Positions 9,181 to 20,111 are shown, counted from the stretch's first letter. The stretch: 64,000 nucleotides of DNA from Roseiarcus sp. (GCA_050012775.1 JBEKGN010000028.1:559-64558), one strand, 5' to 3'. Translations and numbers: made by a program. Notes: generated from the sequence alone by a model not told the origin.

Positions 9181-9284
9181 CGGCAAAAGCCTGTCCGCGC
9201 CAAGCGCGGCGCTTGCGGCGCAAAAGGAGCGAATGTCCGCTCCCGGCGAATTCGGCAATGATGACGCGCCGTTCCCGAAACGCC

Positions 9285-9298
9285 TTGCGCCAGATCAA
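9285..9298 (-). promoter_or_regulatory. FixK-type box variant TTGCGCCAGATCAA upstream of DUF2267-capA
   Basis: TTGC-N6-TCAA, with one core mismatch. CATCAT, a 4/6 -10-like hexamer, lies 21 nt downstream on the minus strand. 105 nt upstream of the preferred DUF2267 start. Confidence 0.4.
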
Positions 9299-9374
9299 GC
9301 CGAGTCGTCGGAGCGGGCCGGCGGCGAGCGCGGCGCTCGGGTTACGCGGGCCGCGGCGATGGGCGAGGTCACCC

Positions 9375-10046
9375 CTACTCCCTCACATGCCGCAACGCCG
9401 CCGCCGCGGCGAACGGCGCCGCGGCGACGGCGAACAACGAAATCGCGCATAGCATCAGGAACGGCGTCAGGAACGGCGCGTAGCCGCCGCTCGCGGCCGA
9501 GGCGGCCGAGACGCCGAAGATCAGCACCGGAATCGCCAGCGGCAGCACCAGCACCGCCATCAACAGGCCGCCACGCCGCAGCGAAACCGTCAGCGCGGCG
9601 CCGATCGCCCCGATCATGGTGAGGGCCGGCGTGCCCGCGACGAGGCTGAGGGCGACGAGCGCGAGGGGCCGCGCCTCCATCGCCAGCATCAGGCCGAACA
9701 GCGGGCTGACGATCACCAGCGGCAGCGCGCTCGAAGCCCAATGGGCCGCGCATTTGACGAGGACGACGAGCTCCAGCGGCAGGCTGGCGTTGACGAGCAC
9801 GTCGAGCGAGCCGTCGTCGGCATCGCCCTGGAACAGGCGGTCGAGGCCGAGCAGCGCGGCGAGCAACGCCGCGATCCACAGAATCGCCGGGCCGATGCGC
9901 GCGAGGAGGTTGAGATCCGGCCCGAGCGCGAAGGGCATGATCGTCACCAGGATGAGAAAGAACACCGCGCCGACCGAGGCGCCGCCGCCGACGCGCCGAG
10001 CGATGCGCCACTCCCTCGTGAACAGCGCCCGCGCCGCCCCGCTCAT
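9375..10046 (-). CDS. ccmB: heme exporter membrane protein CcmB
   Basis: Internal start [16 protein letters not shown] forms an ATGA overlap with the ccmA stop. Polytopic membrane protein with the [18 protein letters not shown] CcmB signature. Confidence 0.9.
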   Translation of the reverse strand: MSGAARALFTREWRIARRVGGGASVGAVFFLILVTIMPFALGPDLNLLARIGPAILWIAALLAALLGLDRLFQGDADDGSLDVLVNASLPLELVVLVKCAAHWASSALPLVIVSPLFGLMLAMEARPLALVALSLVAGTPALTMIGAIGAALTVSLRRGGLLMAVLVLPLAIPVLIFGVSAASAASGGYAPFLTPFLMLCAISLFAVAAAPFAAAAALRHVRE

Positions 10047-10666
10047 GCCGCGACCCTGGACGAAGCGCCGAGAACAAGCGTCGCGGCGCCTTCGAGGCCA
10101 AGCGGCGCATGGGTCGCCGCGACGATCAGCCCGCCAGCGGCGAGGTGCTCGCGCATGATCCCGGCGAACAGGCCCTGCGCCGCGGCGTCGAGCGCCGTCG
10201 TCGGCTCGTCGAGCAGCCATAGCGGGCGCGGCGCGACAAGAAGCCGCGCTAGCGCGACGCGGCGCTTCTGCCCCGCCGACAGCGCGCCCACGGGAAAATC
10301 CGCGACATGGCCGAGGCCGAGGCGCTGGAGCGCGCCGCGCCAGGCGCCGCTCGACGAATCGCTCCCCAGCGCGCCGGCCCAGAACGCGAGATTCTCGCCG
10401 GCCGTCAGGGCGCTCTTCAGCGCGTCGGCGTGACCGAGATAATGCGCCTGTTCGCCGATGCTCGCCTCGCTCGCCCCGCCCTCCAGGGCGAAGGCGCCGG
10501 CGGCGAGCGGCAGAAAGCCGGCGATGGCGCGCAGCAGGCTCGACTTGCCCGCCCCGTTCGGCCCGACGAGGACGAGCGCCGCGCCGCCGCGCGCCTCGAA
10601 GGAGAGGCTGGCCAGAATCGAGCGCCCGCCGCGCTCGATGGCAATGTCCCTGGCGCTCAGGCGCAT
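10043..10666 (-). CDS. ccmA: heme ABC exporter ATP-binding protein CcmA
   Basis: 207 aa. Walker [13 protein letters not shown], signature [14 protein letters not shown], Walker B LWLLDEP. Directly upstream of ccmB. Confidence 0.9.
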   Translation of the reverse strand: MRLSARDIAIERGGRSILASLSFEARGGAALVLVGPNGAGKSSLLRAIAGFLPLAAGAFALEGGASEASIGEQAHYLGHADALKSALTAGENLAFWAGALGSDSSSGAWRGALQRLGLGHVADFPVGALSAGQKRRVALARLLVAPRPLWLLDEPTTALDAAAQGLFAGIMREHLAAGGLIVAATHAPLGLEGAATLVLGASSRVAA

Positions 10667-10792
10667 GGCTTTCCCTTCGACGGCGCCGTTCCTTTCGGCG
10701 CCTTCAGACGATAGTTTGTGTAGCCCGGCGATGGGAATTTATCTATAAGCCGACGCATCATTTCCCCTCCCCGCATTTTTCGGAGTCGCCCC

Positions 10793-13504
10793 ATGGCCAG
10801 CCTTGACAGCTTCAAATGTCGCAAGACGCTCGAGGTCGGGGCCAAGAGCTACCAATATTTCTCGCTCAAGGCGGCCGAAAAGCATGGCCTCGCCGGCATC
10901 GCGCAATTGCCCTTCTCGTTGAAGGTCGTGTTGGAGAACCTGTTGCGCAACGAGGATGGCCGCACCGTCAAGAAGGACGACATCGAGGCGGTCGCGGCCT
11001 GGCTCGTCAACCGCGGCAAAAAAGAGCACGAAATCGCCTTCCGTCCGGCGCGCGTGCTGATGCAGGATTTCACCGGCGTCCCGGCGGTCGTCGATCTCGC
11101 GGCGATGCGCGACGCGATGGAGAAGCTCGGCGGCGATCCCAACAAGATCAATCCGCTCGTTCCCGTCGATCTCGTCATCGACCATTCCGTCGTCGTCGAC
11201 CACTTCGGCACGGCCAAGGCGCTCTCCCAGAACGTCAAGCGCGAATACGAGCAGAACCAGGAACGCTATCGCTTTCTCAAATGGGGCCAGCAGGCGTTTT
11301 CCAATTTCTCGGTCGTCCCGCCCGGCACCGGCATCTGCCACCAGGTCAATCTCGAATATCTCGCCCAGACCGTGTGGACCGCGAAGGAGAAACTCGACGG
11401 CAAGACGGTCGAGGTCGCCTACCCGGACACGCTGGTGGGCACCGACAGCCATACGACGATGGTCAACGGCCTGGCCGTGCTCGGTTGGGGCGTCGGGGGC
11501 ATCGAAGCGGAGGCGGCGATGCTCGGCCAACCGCTGTCGATGCTGCTGCCCGAGGTCGTCGGCTTCAAGCTGACGGGCGAATTGCGCGAAGGGGTTACTG
11601 CGACCGACCTCGTGCTCACCGTCACGCAGATGTTGCGCAAGAAGGGCGTCGTCGGCAAATTCGTCGAATTCTTCGGCCCCGGCCTCAATGCGATGTCGGT
11701 CGCCGATCGCGCGACGCTGGCCAATATGGCGCCCGAATACGGCGCGACCTGCGGCCTGTTCCCGATCGACGCGCAGGCGATCGCCTATCTCCACACCTCC
11801 GGCCGCAAGAACGCGCGCGTCGCGCTGGTGGAGGCCTACGCCAAGGCGCAGGGCTTCTATCGCACGCGCCTGACGCCCGAACCCGTCTTCACCGAAACGC
11901 TGGCGCTGGAGCTGGGCGAGGTCACGCCCTCGCTCGCCGGCCCCAAACGCCCGCAGGACCGCGTCGTCCTCGCCGAGGCCAAGGCGGGGTTCGCCGGCGC
12001 GATGAGCGCCGAGTTCAAGCAGGGCGCCGCGATCGCCGAACGGCACGCGGTCGAAGGGGCCAATTTCGACCTCGGCCACGGCGACGTCGTCATCGCCGCG
12101 ATCACCTCCTGCACCAACACCTCGAACCCCAGCGTGATGATCGCGGCCGGACTCGTCGCGCGCAACGCCGTCGCCAGGGGCCTTACGGTCAAGCCCTGGG
12201 TGAAGACCTCGCTCGCGCCGGGCAGCCAGGTGGTCGAAGAGTACCTCGAGGCCGCCGAACTGCAGAAGCCGCTCGACAAGCTCGGCTTCAACATCGTCGG
12301 CTACGGCTGCACGACCTGCATCGGCAATTCCGGCCCGCTGGCGCCGGAGATTTCGGCGACGATTTCCAAATACGATCTCGTCGCCGCGGCGGTGCTTTCC
12401 GGCAACCGCAATTTCGAGGGCCGCGTCAATCCGGACGTGCGCGCCAATTATCTCGCCTCGCCCCCGCTGGTCGTCGCCTATGCGCTCGCCGGCTCGATGC
12501 AGATCGATCTGACCAAGGAGCCGCTCGGCCATGACAAGAAGGGCGCGCCGGTGTTTCTCGCCGACATCTGGCCCTCGACCCAGGAGATCCACGATCTCAT
12601 CGAGCACACCATCACGGCGAAAATGTTCAAGACCAAATACGCCGAAGTGTTCGACGGCGACGCCAATTGGCGCAAGGTCAGGGTCCCGGCCGGCCTCACC
12701 TACGCCTGGGACATGGGCTCGACCTACGTGCAGAACCCGCCCTATTTCGAGGGCATGACGATGGAGCCCAAGCCCATCCAGGAGATCGAAAACGCGCGCA
12801 TCCTCGGGCTGTTTCTCGATTCCATCACCACCGACCACATCTCGCCGGCGGGCTCGATCCGCCAGTCGAGCCCGGCCGGGCAATATCTCATCGAGCATCA
12901 GGTGCGCCCGGCCGATTTCAACCAGTACGGCACGCGCCGCGGCAATCACGAAGTGATGATGCGCGGAACCTTCGCCAACATCCGCATCAAGAACCAGATG
13001 GTGAAGGACTCGGAGGGCGCCGTGGTCGAGGGCGGCTACACCATCCATCACCCGTCGGGCGAGCGGATGGCGATCTACGACGCCGCGATGCGCTACCAGA
13101 GCGAGGCCGCGCCGCTCGTCGTCTTCGCCGGACGGGAATACGGCACGGGATCGTCGCGCGACTGGGCGGCCAAGGGCACGAAGCTGCTCGGCGTGCGCGC
13201 GGTGATCGCGCAGAGCTTCGAGCGCATCCACCGCTCCAATCTCGTCGGCATGGGCGTGCTGCCGCTGGTGTTCGAGGAGGGGACGAGCTGGTCCTCGCTC
13301 GGCCTCCAGGGCGACGAGACCGTCTCGATCCACGGCCTGGGCGCCGACCTCAAGCCGCGCCAGAAGCTCGAGGCGGAAATCAAATCCGCCGCGGGCGCGA
13401 TCACGCGCGTGCCGCTGATCTGCCGCATCGATACGCTCGACGAACTGGAATATTTCCGCGCCGGCGGCATTCTGGCTTACGTGCTGCGGCAATTGGCGGC
13501 GTGA
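10793..13504 (+). CDS. acnA: aconitate hydratase AcnA
   Basis: 903 aa. [22 protein letters not shown] and [10 protein letters not shown] Fe-S ligand blocks, plus the swivel domain [16 protein letters not shown]. Confidence 0.97.
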   Translation: MASLDSFKCRKTLEVGAKSYQYFSLKAAEKHGLAGIAQLPFSLKVVLENLLRNEDGRTVKKDDIEAVAAWLVNRGKKEHEIAFRPARVLMQDFTGVPAVVDLAAMRDAMEKLGGDPNKINPLVPVDLVIDHSVVVDHFGTAKALSQNVKREYEQNQERYRFLKWGQQAFSNFSVVPPGTGICHQVNLEYLAQTVWTAKEKLDGKTVEVAYPDTLVGTDSHTTMVNGLAVLGWGVGGIEAEAAMLGQPLSMLLPEVVGFKLTGELREGVTATDLVLTVTQMLRKKGVVGKFVEFFGPGLNAMSVADRATLANMAPEYGATCGLFPIDAQAIAYLHTSGRKNARVALVEAYAKAQGFYRTRLTPEPVFTETLALELGEVTPSLAGPKRPQDRVVLAEAKAGFAGAMSAEFKQGAAIAERHAVEGANFDLGHGDVVIAAITSCTNTSNPSVMIAAGLVARNAVARGLTVKPWVKTSLAPGSQVVEEYLEAAELQKPLDKLGFNIVGYGCTTCIGNSGPLAPEISATISKYDLVAAAVLSGNRNFEGRVNPDVRANYLASPPLVVAYALAGSMQIDLTKEPLGHDKKGAPVFLADIWPSTQEIHDLIEHTITAKMFKTKYAEVFDGDANWRKVRVPAGLTYAWDMGSTYVQNPPYFEGMTMEPKPIQEIENARILGLFLDSITTDHISPAGSIRQSSPAGQYLIEHQVRPADFNQYGTRRGNHEVMMRGTFANIRIKNQMVKDSEGAVVEGGYTIHHPSGERMAIYDAAMRYQSEAAPLVVFAGREYGTGSSRDWAAKGTKLLGVRAVIAQSFERIHRSNLVGMGVLPLVFEEGTSWSSLGLQGDETVSIHGLGADLKPRQKLEAEIKSAAGAITRVPLICRIDTLDELEYFRAGGILAYVLRQLAA

Positions 13505-13529
13505 GGAGGCGGCCAAGTCCGCACCGTCG

Positions 13530-14579
13530 ATGAACCCGGACGCTCGCGAGAATTTTCGTCGGCAGGCGGAATGGTGCGAGCGCCTGGGGTCTCCGTTCAC
13601 CGCGCTGGCCTGCCGCGCCTTATGCGAGCATCTCTCGGAAGACTCGGCGTTCGGATCGCGAGCGCTGAACTGGCCGGGCGCTCCGGAGGCCGACGCGCTC
13701 GCGCTGCGCGCTTGCGGCGCGCTCAATCTTCTCGCGCGCGAAGGCCATCCCGCGCTGGCGCCGTTCTATCCGCCCAATCCCCTGCCTTCGCCTAGGGAAT
13801 TCTGGCGCGGCGCGCAAAGCGCGATCGGCGGTCTCGACGAGCGATTGACCCGCTTTCTCGACAGCGCGCCGCAGACCAACGAGGTCGCGCGATCGGCGGC
13901 GCTGCTGCCGGGATATCTGGAGATCGTGCGCCGCGCGGGCCTGCCGCTGGCGATCCGCGAAATCGGCGCCAGCGCGGGATTGAACCTTTTGTTCGATCGT
14001 TATTTCTATGATTATGGCGCGTTCGCGTGGGGGCCGCCGGACGCCAAGGTGACGATCCCCTGCGAATGGCGCGGCAAGGCCGAGGCCTTGGCCGGCGCGA
14101 TCGAAGTCGCCGAGCGGCGCGGCTGCGATCTCAACCCGATCGACGCGAGCGATTTGGCCGCGCGGGCGCGGATGCTCGCCTATATCTGGCCCGACCAGGC
14201 CGCCCGCCTCGCGCGCGCCGAGGCCGCCCTGGATGTCGCCGCTGAGGAGAATATTCGCGTGGAGGCGATCGACGCCGCCCAATTCGCGGCGCGGGAACTG
14301 CGGGCCGGCGCCCCCGGACGCGCGCTCGTTCTCGCGCACACGATCTTCTGGCAATATCTTCCCCGGCCGGCCAAGACCGCGATCCGCGCCGCGATCGCCG
14401 AGGCGGCGGACCGCGCGACGCGAGCGAACCCTTTCGCCTGGCTGCGCCTGGAAGCAGGAGCCGAGGAGCGCCGCGGCGCGATATTGCGCCTGTCGCTCTG
14501 GCCGCACGGGCCGATCGACGAAAAGCTCGCGCTGGCGAGCTTCCACGGCCAATGGATCGAATGGCGGGGGGTCGCGTAG
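13530..14579 (+). CDS. DUF2332 domain protein
   Basis: 349-aa ORF with coding-like composition. The N-terminus FRRQAEWCERLGSPFTA resembles DUF2332 proteins, as I recall them. Confidence 0.7.
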   Translation: MNPDARENFRRQAEWCERLGSPFTALACRALCEHLSEDSAFGSRALNWPGAPEADALALRACGALNLLAREGHPALAPFYPPNPLPSPREFWRGAQSAIGGLDERLTRFLDSAPQTNEVARSAALLPGYLEIVRRAGLPLAIREIGASAGLNLLFDRYFYDYGAFAWGPPDAKVTIPCEWRGKAEALAGAIEVAERRGCDLNPIDASDLAARARMLAYIWPDQAARLARAEAALDVAAEENIRVEAIDAAQFAARELRAGAPGRALVLAHTIFWQYLPRPAKTAIRAAIAEAADRATRANPFAWLRLEAGAEERRGAILRLSLWPHGPIDEKLALASFHGQWIEWRGVA

Positions 14580-14727
14580 GGAAGGCCGGCGGCGAGAGCC
14601 GGCGGATGGCCTCGGGACCCCCGGGTGAGATCGCCGCAGCGCGGCGTGTCAGTTCGAATCTCCCCATCCGACCGCAGGCGCTCATTGTTGCTGTTCGATC
14701 GGAGCGGCTTCCCCAACTTGCCTCAAG

Positions 14728-16425
14728 CTAGCGAATATACGCCTCGCTGGCATAGCGGCGCATCATGCGCTGACTGTTGAAATAGGAGCCAATTTTGCTG
14801 ATCGCCTGCTTCATCATCCAAATCCAATGGGCCTTGTCGTCGTAATAGAGGGGCAGCACTTTATCCGCGAGCTTCCTGTATAGATCGTCCGCATTCGCGC
14901 CGTCGCGATTGCCTATCGCCCAGCCTGTAACGCCCTCGATGTGCGCTTCGATCCACCAGCCATCGAGCACGCTCAAGTTCAGCACGCCGTTGAAAGACGC
15001 TTTCATCCCGCTTGTTCCTGACGCCTCAAAGGGCGGCAATGGCGTATTCAGCCAGATATCGACGCCGGCTACGAGACTCGCCGCCATTCGCATGTTGTAG
15101 TTGGAGAGAAAAGCCATCGGAATCGAACCGGAGAGCTGTCGAACGTGATGATTCAGCGTCGCGATAAGGCGCCTTCCCCCTTCGTCATTCGGGTGCGCCA
15201 TGCCGGCGAAGACGACTTGGCAAGGCCGCTTCCGCGCGATTTCTTTGAACCGCTCAATATCCTGGAAAAGCAGATCCGGGCGCTTGTATTCGGTCATTCG
15301 GCGAGCGAAGCCGATCAGCGGCGCGTCTTCGCGCATGACGACTCCGGTCTGGTCGTGAATCAGCGCCAACAGTTCCGTTTTCGCGGCTTGATGGGCATCC
15401 CATACCGCATCGTCGGGAAGCTGGTCGGCGCGCGTCAGCGTTTCCGGCTCGTGCGCCCAGTGAGGGAGAATCGTTTCAAAAAGCCGGGCAAAGCGGGCGT
15501 GAGTCCATGTAGGGGCATGCACGCCGTTGGTGACGGCGCGGACACGGTAACCAGGAAAAATCTGGGCGGTCGTTTGCGCATGGCGTTCCGACACGCCGTT
15601 GACATAGCCGCTCAGGTTCAGCGCCAACTGGGTCATGTTGAGGCGGTCGGCCCCGGCGAGCAACTTGAGTTCCTCGATCTCGATGTAGTCGCCCAAAACG
15701 CTCTCGACCAACGGATAAAGAAACTTATCGAACGCCGCCACGACCGGCGTGTGAGTCGTGAAGACACAACACTCGCGCACTTGCTCGTGCTCATAGCGGG
15801 GGTCGCCGGGAATAATATCCTCGGCTGACCGCGGAAACTGGCGCAGAAGGTAGATCGCGAGAAGCGCGGCATGCCCCTCATTGAGGTGGTAGGTGCGAAT
15901 GGCGAACCCGAGGGCCTTCAGCATCGCCGCTCCGCCAATCCCCAGAACGATTTCCTGTTTCAAGCGATACGACGCATTGTCGCCATATAAGCAGTCCGTG
16001 ATTTCCCGATCTTGCGCGCTGTTTTGATCAAGGTCGGTGTCCAGAAGCAGCACCGGCACGCCGTGACCGAGAGGACATTTCAACTCGTAGAGCCAAGAGC
16101 GGATCCATACCTCGCGCCCCTCGATCTTGACCGCTATCATGGCTTCGAGCGGCTGAAACCAGTTCTCCGGCCGCCACGGATCGGGATTAGCGACCTGACC
16201 ACCCCGTTCGTCGATCTCCTGCCGGACGAACCCGGCTCGGCTGACCAGGCTGACGAACACGATGGGCAAGTCGAGGTCCGCCGAGGAGCGGGCCGTGTCG
16301 CCCGCAAGCACGCCCAGGCCCCCGCTATAGGTGTGCATTTCCGAGGTTATCGCGATCTCCATCGAAAAATGCGCGATTCGCGTTCGGTGCAAGAACGGTT
16401 GGAGAGCGTTCATCGATGACCCCAC
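14728..16425 (-). CDS. alpha-glucan family phosphorylase (GT35, short form)
   Basis: 565 aa. IAHFSMEIA...YSGGLGVLAGD N-terminus and the EASGTSGMKASFNG pyridoxal-phosphate Lys block. Confidence 0.9.
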   Translation of the reverse strand: MGSSMNALQPFLHRTRIAHFSMEIAITSEMHTYSGGLGVLAGDTARSSADLDLPIVFVSLVSRAGFVRQEIDERGGQVANPDPWRPENWFQPLEAMIAVKIEGREVWIRSWLYELKCPLGHGVPVLLLDTDLDQNSAQDREITDCLYGDNASYRLKQEIVLGIGGAAMLKALGFAIRTYHLNEGHAALLAIYLLRQFPRSAEDIIPGDPRYEHEQVRECCVFTTHTPVVAAFDKFLYPLVESVLGDYIEIEELKLLAGADRLNMTQLALNLSGYVNGVSERHAQTTAQIFPGYRVRAVTNGVHAPTWTHARFARLFETILPHWAHEPETLTRADQLPDDAVWDAHQAAKTELLALIHDQTGVVMREDAPLIGFARRMTEYKRPDLLFQDIERFKEIARKRPCQVVFAGMAHPNDEGGRRLIATLNHHVRQLSGSIPMAFLSNYNMRMAASLVAGVDIWLNTPLPPFEASGTSGMKASFNGVLNLSVLDGWWIEAHIEGVTGWAIGNRDGANADDLYRKLADKVLPLYYDDKAHWIWMMKQAISKIGSYFNSQRMMRRYASEAYIR

Positions 16426-16555
16426 ATCAGCGAGTGTGACAGTATTGTGAAATGAATTCTTGGCCCGTCCTCAATGTGATCGTTTCGGCCCTACATCGTC
16501 GTCTGGACGCGCGGGTCATTTAAGTTTGGAAATTCTGTTTGGACGCTGACGGAGA

Positions 16556-16569
16556 TCAATTTCCGATCG
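16556..16569 (-). promoter_or_regulatory. FixK-type box variant TTGATCTCCGTCAG (minus-strand reading) upstream of alpha-glucan phosphorylase
   Basis: One core mismatch. Nearly identical to the 6711 box (TTGATnTCCGTCAn). TTAAAT, a 4/6 -10-like hexamer, lies exactly 22 nt downstream on the minus strand. Confidence 0.4.
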
Positions 16570-16717
16570 CGCGAAACTTAATAAACAAAAACATCTCTCG
16601 GGCGTGCCGCTCCGCCAGGGGACGAGACTTCATGCGCGTGCTGTTCGCATCGTCAGGGGCCTGCTTTGTCGCTAAAACAGCCGTCTTGCGGACGTGAGCG
16701 CGACGCTTCCAGCGGCG

Positions 16718-17020
16718 CTATGCAGTCTGGAGGTCGATGTCCAACTTATTCCGCCCCTCGATGAGAGCTTCGGTTTCCTCGCCCGTCGCCATGCGCATGA
16801 CTTCAGCGGCATTGCCGATAACGTCGGCGGGGCGCTTCCGCGCGACGAGTCCTCGGACGAAGTCGAGCGCGGCCTTAGCGCTGTCTCGACATCCCTTCGC
16901 CTCGAAAATGTTCGCGCCTGAGGAAATGATGAACCGCATGCGCCATACGCCCAACGTAGCGATCAGCCTATCGGAAACGCCATTCGCGCGGGAGCCGTTG
17001 TCAACGGCCTCGAATTTCAA
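16718..17020 (-). CDS. hypothetical small protein
   Basis: 100-aa ORF with high third-position GC and balanced composition, sitting in an otherwise AT-richer spacer. No family recognised. Confidence 0.4.
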   Translation of the reverse strand: MKFEAVDNGSRANGVSDRLIATLGVWRMRFIISSGANIFEAKGCRDSAKAALDFVRGLVARKRPADVIGNAAEVMRMATGEETEALIEGRNKLDIDLQTA

Positions 17021-17450
17021 ACTGAGACACTAGTCGAAATCGGGTCCATTTCGACGCTGAAACACAACCCGCCCCGCGACAAGCGGGAGACCAACTCGGC
17101 TGCGCTCGTGCGAGGGGCTAGATGGATGAGCTCGGTCCTGAGGCCGGCGGGTCAATCGGCGCCGTTCTGTGACCCCGGACATATCGTCAGTCCGGCCTCG
17201 ACTTTGAAGGTGCAGCCGAATTCTCATGCGGTTTGCACCATCCTAACGAAATGACCGCTATCGGCGCAGAGGCGTCGACGGCCCACGAAGCGGGAAGACC
17301 AGCCGGTTTCGGCGCTTTGCGGAACTTCAAGCTGGACGCCGCCCGCCGCGATCTCGAGCGCGGTCGAGCAATAGCCGATCTCGACGAAAACGACGCCGCG
17401 ACGGCTCCGGCGTCGCGCCCGCGCCGATCCGACGGCGATCGCAATCCGAA

Positions 17451-20111
17451 TCAGGACGCGATCAGCCTCGTCCTGGCGAACATGAAGCGCTCGAGGTCTT
17501 CGCTCGCCATCGGCTTGGCGAAGGCGTAGCCCTGCAGAATGTCGCAGCCGAGTTCGCGAAGCAGCCGCGCGTGCTCCATGGTTTCGACCCCCTCGGCGAC
17601 GATTTCGATATCGAGAGATCGGCCGATGTCGACGATCGATTGAACGAGGCGCCTCTGCGCATCCGAGTGCACGATGGGCGTGACGAGTTGCCGGTCGATT
17701 TTCAGGCGACGGGGTTTGAGCTTGGTGAGGCTGATGATCGAGGCGTAGCCGGTGCCGAAGTCGTCGATTTCGATGTCGATCCCGAGCGCCTTGATTTGAT
17801 CGATGGTCCGCGAGAAGCGGTCGTCGCGTTCGTCGAGATAGATCGTCTCGACGAGTTCGAAGGACAGCACCCCCGGTTCGATGCGCAAGTCGCGCAGACC
17901 CTGCAAGAGACCTTCGTCGTGCAGCCGCCGCAGCGAAACGTTGACGGAGAAGCGCGGAACGCGAAGGCCGAGGTCTCGCCAGCGACGGAACTGCGCCAGC
18001 GCCTGTTCGAGGATCGCGCGGTCGATGGCCCCGATGACCGTCAATTCTTCCGCCATGGCGATGAACTCGGCCGGCGCGACGACGCCGCGCGTGGGATGAC
18101 GCCAGCGGGCGAGCGCCTCCACGCCCACCAGCTCAAAGGTTCGCGCGTCGAACTGCGGCTGGTAATAGGGAATGAATTCGCCGCGCTCCAAGCCGCGCAC
18201 GATGCTGTCCGCAGTCTGCTTGGAGTTCAGAATCTCGGCCTGCAGCGCGGCGGTGTAGAATTCGAATCGATTTCGGCCCAGGCTCTTGGCGCGATAAAGG
18301 GCAAGATCGGCGTTGACGAGCAGACGCTGCCGGTCGACGCTGCCGCCGAACGCGCCCGCGATGCCGATGCTCATGCCCAAGCGACATTCGTGGGCCTCGT
18401 GCATGGCTGGCTTTCGAACGCTCTCGATGAGCTTCCGGGCGAGTTCGCCGAAGCCGTCCATGCCTGCGTCCGCGTTGCAGACGACGACGAATTCGTCGCC
18501 GCCCGTCCTCGCGACGAAGTCGCCGTCGCACAGGTTTCGCCGGATCGTTTCCGCCGTGTGGATCAGCATCGCGTCCCCGGCCGAATGACCGAGCGTGTCA
18601 TTGATCTGTTTGAAGCCGTCGAGATCGACATGAAGGAGCACGACGCCGCCGCCGGTCGTCGCGCAGCGCGCCGCGTGCTCCTCCAGCGCGCGGTCCATAT
18701 ACATCCGGTTCGGCAGCCGCGTCAGGAAGTCGTGAAGGGAATTGTATTCGATGCGAGCCCGAGCCGCTTCGAGCTGGGCGTTGCGCGCCTCCGTGAGGGC
18801 CTTGGAGCGCGTCAGATCCTCCGTCAGCGCGACGTCGGAGGTTACGTCCCAATTGACGCCGACGATTTTCGAGGACAGATCGGGCGAAACGTAGACTTTG
18901 CCGATCGCGCGGATGACTCGCGTTCGCCCGTCGCCCAGGTTGAGCCGGTATTGGGATTCGTAACGGCCCTGTATCCGTATCGCCGTTTCGAAATCCTCGA
19001 TCGCCCGCTGAGCGTCCGTCTCGTCGAGCCGGTCCCGCCAATGCCTGTATTCGCGAGCGCCGCCGTCTTGCGGGTAATTGTAGAGCACGTTCATGCGGTC
19101 GTCCCAGACGAGTTCTCCCGAATCGATGTTGAAGTCCCACACGCCGACCTTCGAGGCGTCGAGAGCGAGTTCGAGCCGCCGCGACAGGCGCTCGAGCTCG
19201 CCTTCGCGGTCGCGCAAGCTCGAGGAATGGTCGCGTCGCTCCTCCACCAACCGCCCGACGAGCCAGGCGGGGATGACGATCAGGAGGCCGGCCGCCAGAA
19301 TTCCCAACCGCAGAATCCATCGGTTCGACGGCGCCGCTTCCCAGCCGCCTTTGGGCGTGGCGGCGATCCGCCATGATCCCGAGGGAACGCTCACATCGGT
19401 GGTGACGGGGCGGTCGCTCGCGACCTGCGCATCTCCGAAAAAGCGGACTCCTTCTTTGCCCAGCGCGTCCTTGCCTGTGATCGCCACGTCGATCGGCAGA
19501 TCGTGCCCGATGAGGCCGCTGTCGCGGTACAGCCTGTCGATGTCGATGACTCCCGAAACGACGCCCCAAAAGGCCTTGTCGCCGCCGGGTCCGTTCGCGA
19601 ACACGGGAAAACGCGCGATCAAGGCTCTGCCGCCCTGAACGAGGTCGAGCGGACCCGCCATGACGACGTCGCCGCTGTCGCGCGCGCGCAGCGCGGTTTC
19701 GCGCTGCTTTTCGTTCTTGTTAAAATCGAGCCCGATCGCCGCCTCGTTTCCCTTCAGGGGATATTCCAGCGACACCACGAGACCGGGGGCGCCGGCGATG
19801 CTCCTTATCTGCGAGCGGCTCTGCAGCAGGTTCGCGCAGAGCTCGGCGAATCTCGTTTGCGTGATGTTCGGCTCGGTGGAAATGTCGGCGACGAGGCCGC
19901 GAACGAGCTGGATGTCGCCGTTGACGTCGCCCTCGAGCTTGGCCCGGATCAGGCTGACCTGGGACAGAACCTCGGCGCGCGATCGTTCGTCGGAAAGCTG
20001 ATTGTTTTGATGGTCGGCGAGCGCGCCGCAGACGACGGCGACGAGCGCCGCGAGCGCCGCCGGAATGTTGGTCGGGCGGAAATGTCTTCTTAAGGCTCTG
20101 CCCAGGTCCAC
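17451..20111 (-). CDS. CHASE-TM-PAS-GGDEF-EAL c-di-GMP signalling protein
   Basis: 886 aa. N-terminal TM, a periplasmic CHASE-like domain (GLDFNKNEKQRETALRARDSGDVVMAGPLDLVQG) and a second TM. PAS domain, then RTGGDEFVV, then EALARWRHP / DDFGTGYASI / QGY. Confidence 0.9.
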   Translation of the reverse strand: MDLGRALRRHFRPTNIPAALAALVAVVCGALADHQNNQLSDERSRAEVLSQVSLIRAKLEGDVNGDIQLVRGLVADISTEPNITQTRFAELCANLLQSRSQIRSIAGAPGLVVSLEYPLKGNEAAIGLDFNKNEKQRETALRARDSGDVVMAGPLDLVQGGRALIARFPVFANGPGGDKAFWGVVSGVIDIDRLYRDSGLIGHDLPIDVAITGKDALGKEGVRFFGDAQVASDRPVTTDVSVPSGSWRIAATPKGGWEAAPSNRWILRLGILAAGLLIVIPAWLVGRLVEERRDHSSSLRDREGELERLSRRLELALDASKVGVWDFNIDSGELVWDDRMNVLYNYPQDGGAREYRHWRDRLDETDAQRAIEDFETAIRIQGRYESQYRLNLGDGRTRVIRAIGKVYVSPDLSSKIVGVNWDVTSDVALTEDLTRSKALTEARNAQLEAARARIEYNSLHDFLTRLPNRMYMDRALEEHAARCATTGGGVVLLHVDLDGFKQINDTLGHSAGDAMLIHTAETIRRNLCDGDFVARTGGDEFVVVCNADAGMDGFGELARKLIESVRKPAMHEAHECRLGMSIGIAGAFGGSVDRQRLLVNADLALYRAKSLGRNRFEFYTAALQAEILNSKQTADSIVRGLERGEFIPYYQPQFDARTFELVGVEALARWRHPTRGVVAPAEFIAMAEELTVIGAIDRAILEQALAQFRRWRDLGLRVPRFSVNVSLRRLHDEGLLQGLRDLRIEPGVLSFELVETIYLDERDDRFSRTIDQIKALGIDIEIDDFGTGYASIISLTKLKPRRLKIDRQLVTPIVHSDAQRRLVQSIVDIGRSLDIEIVAEGVETMEHARLLRELGCDILQGYAFAKPMASEDLERFMFARTRLIAS

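Noticed and set aside
9259-9374. Absence of ccmC and ccmD after ccmAB.
   Set aside because: Split ccm loci are common in Alphaproteobacteria, and the divergent acnA / ccmAB arrangement is conserved. This is not evidence of anything unusual without whole-genome context.
10739-13726. A 995-aa ORF on the minus strand, among the longest in the track.
   Set aside because: It is exactly antisense to acnA, whose product has unmistakable aconitase motifs. The antisense product is Arg/Ala/Gly/Asp-rich and low-complexity, with no recognisable domain. This is a typical shadow ORF of high-GC DNA.
14603-14673. A tRNA-like fragment. It has a GTTCGAATC T-loop-like motif and a 7-bp acceptor-like pairing, CGGATGG (14603-14609) with CCATCCG (14664-14670).
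   Set aside because: It is only 68 nt between the acceptor arms. The T-stem pairs at 3 of 5 positions, and I could not build a D arm or anticodon arm. There is no CCA. It is most likely a chance structure or a very degraded tRNA remnant in a convergent intergenic region. A covariance-model scan (tRNAscan-SE or Infernal) would settle it.
17233-17529. A 98-aa plus-strand ORF in the spacer before the CHASE-GGDEF-EAL gene.
   Set aside because: It overlaps the 3' end of the well-supported EAL gene by about 80 nt. It is Ala/Arg/Asp-rich with no motif and no RBS. The antisense ORFs 17030-17227 and 17187-17444 are equally unconvincing.
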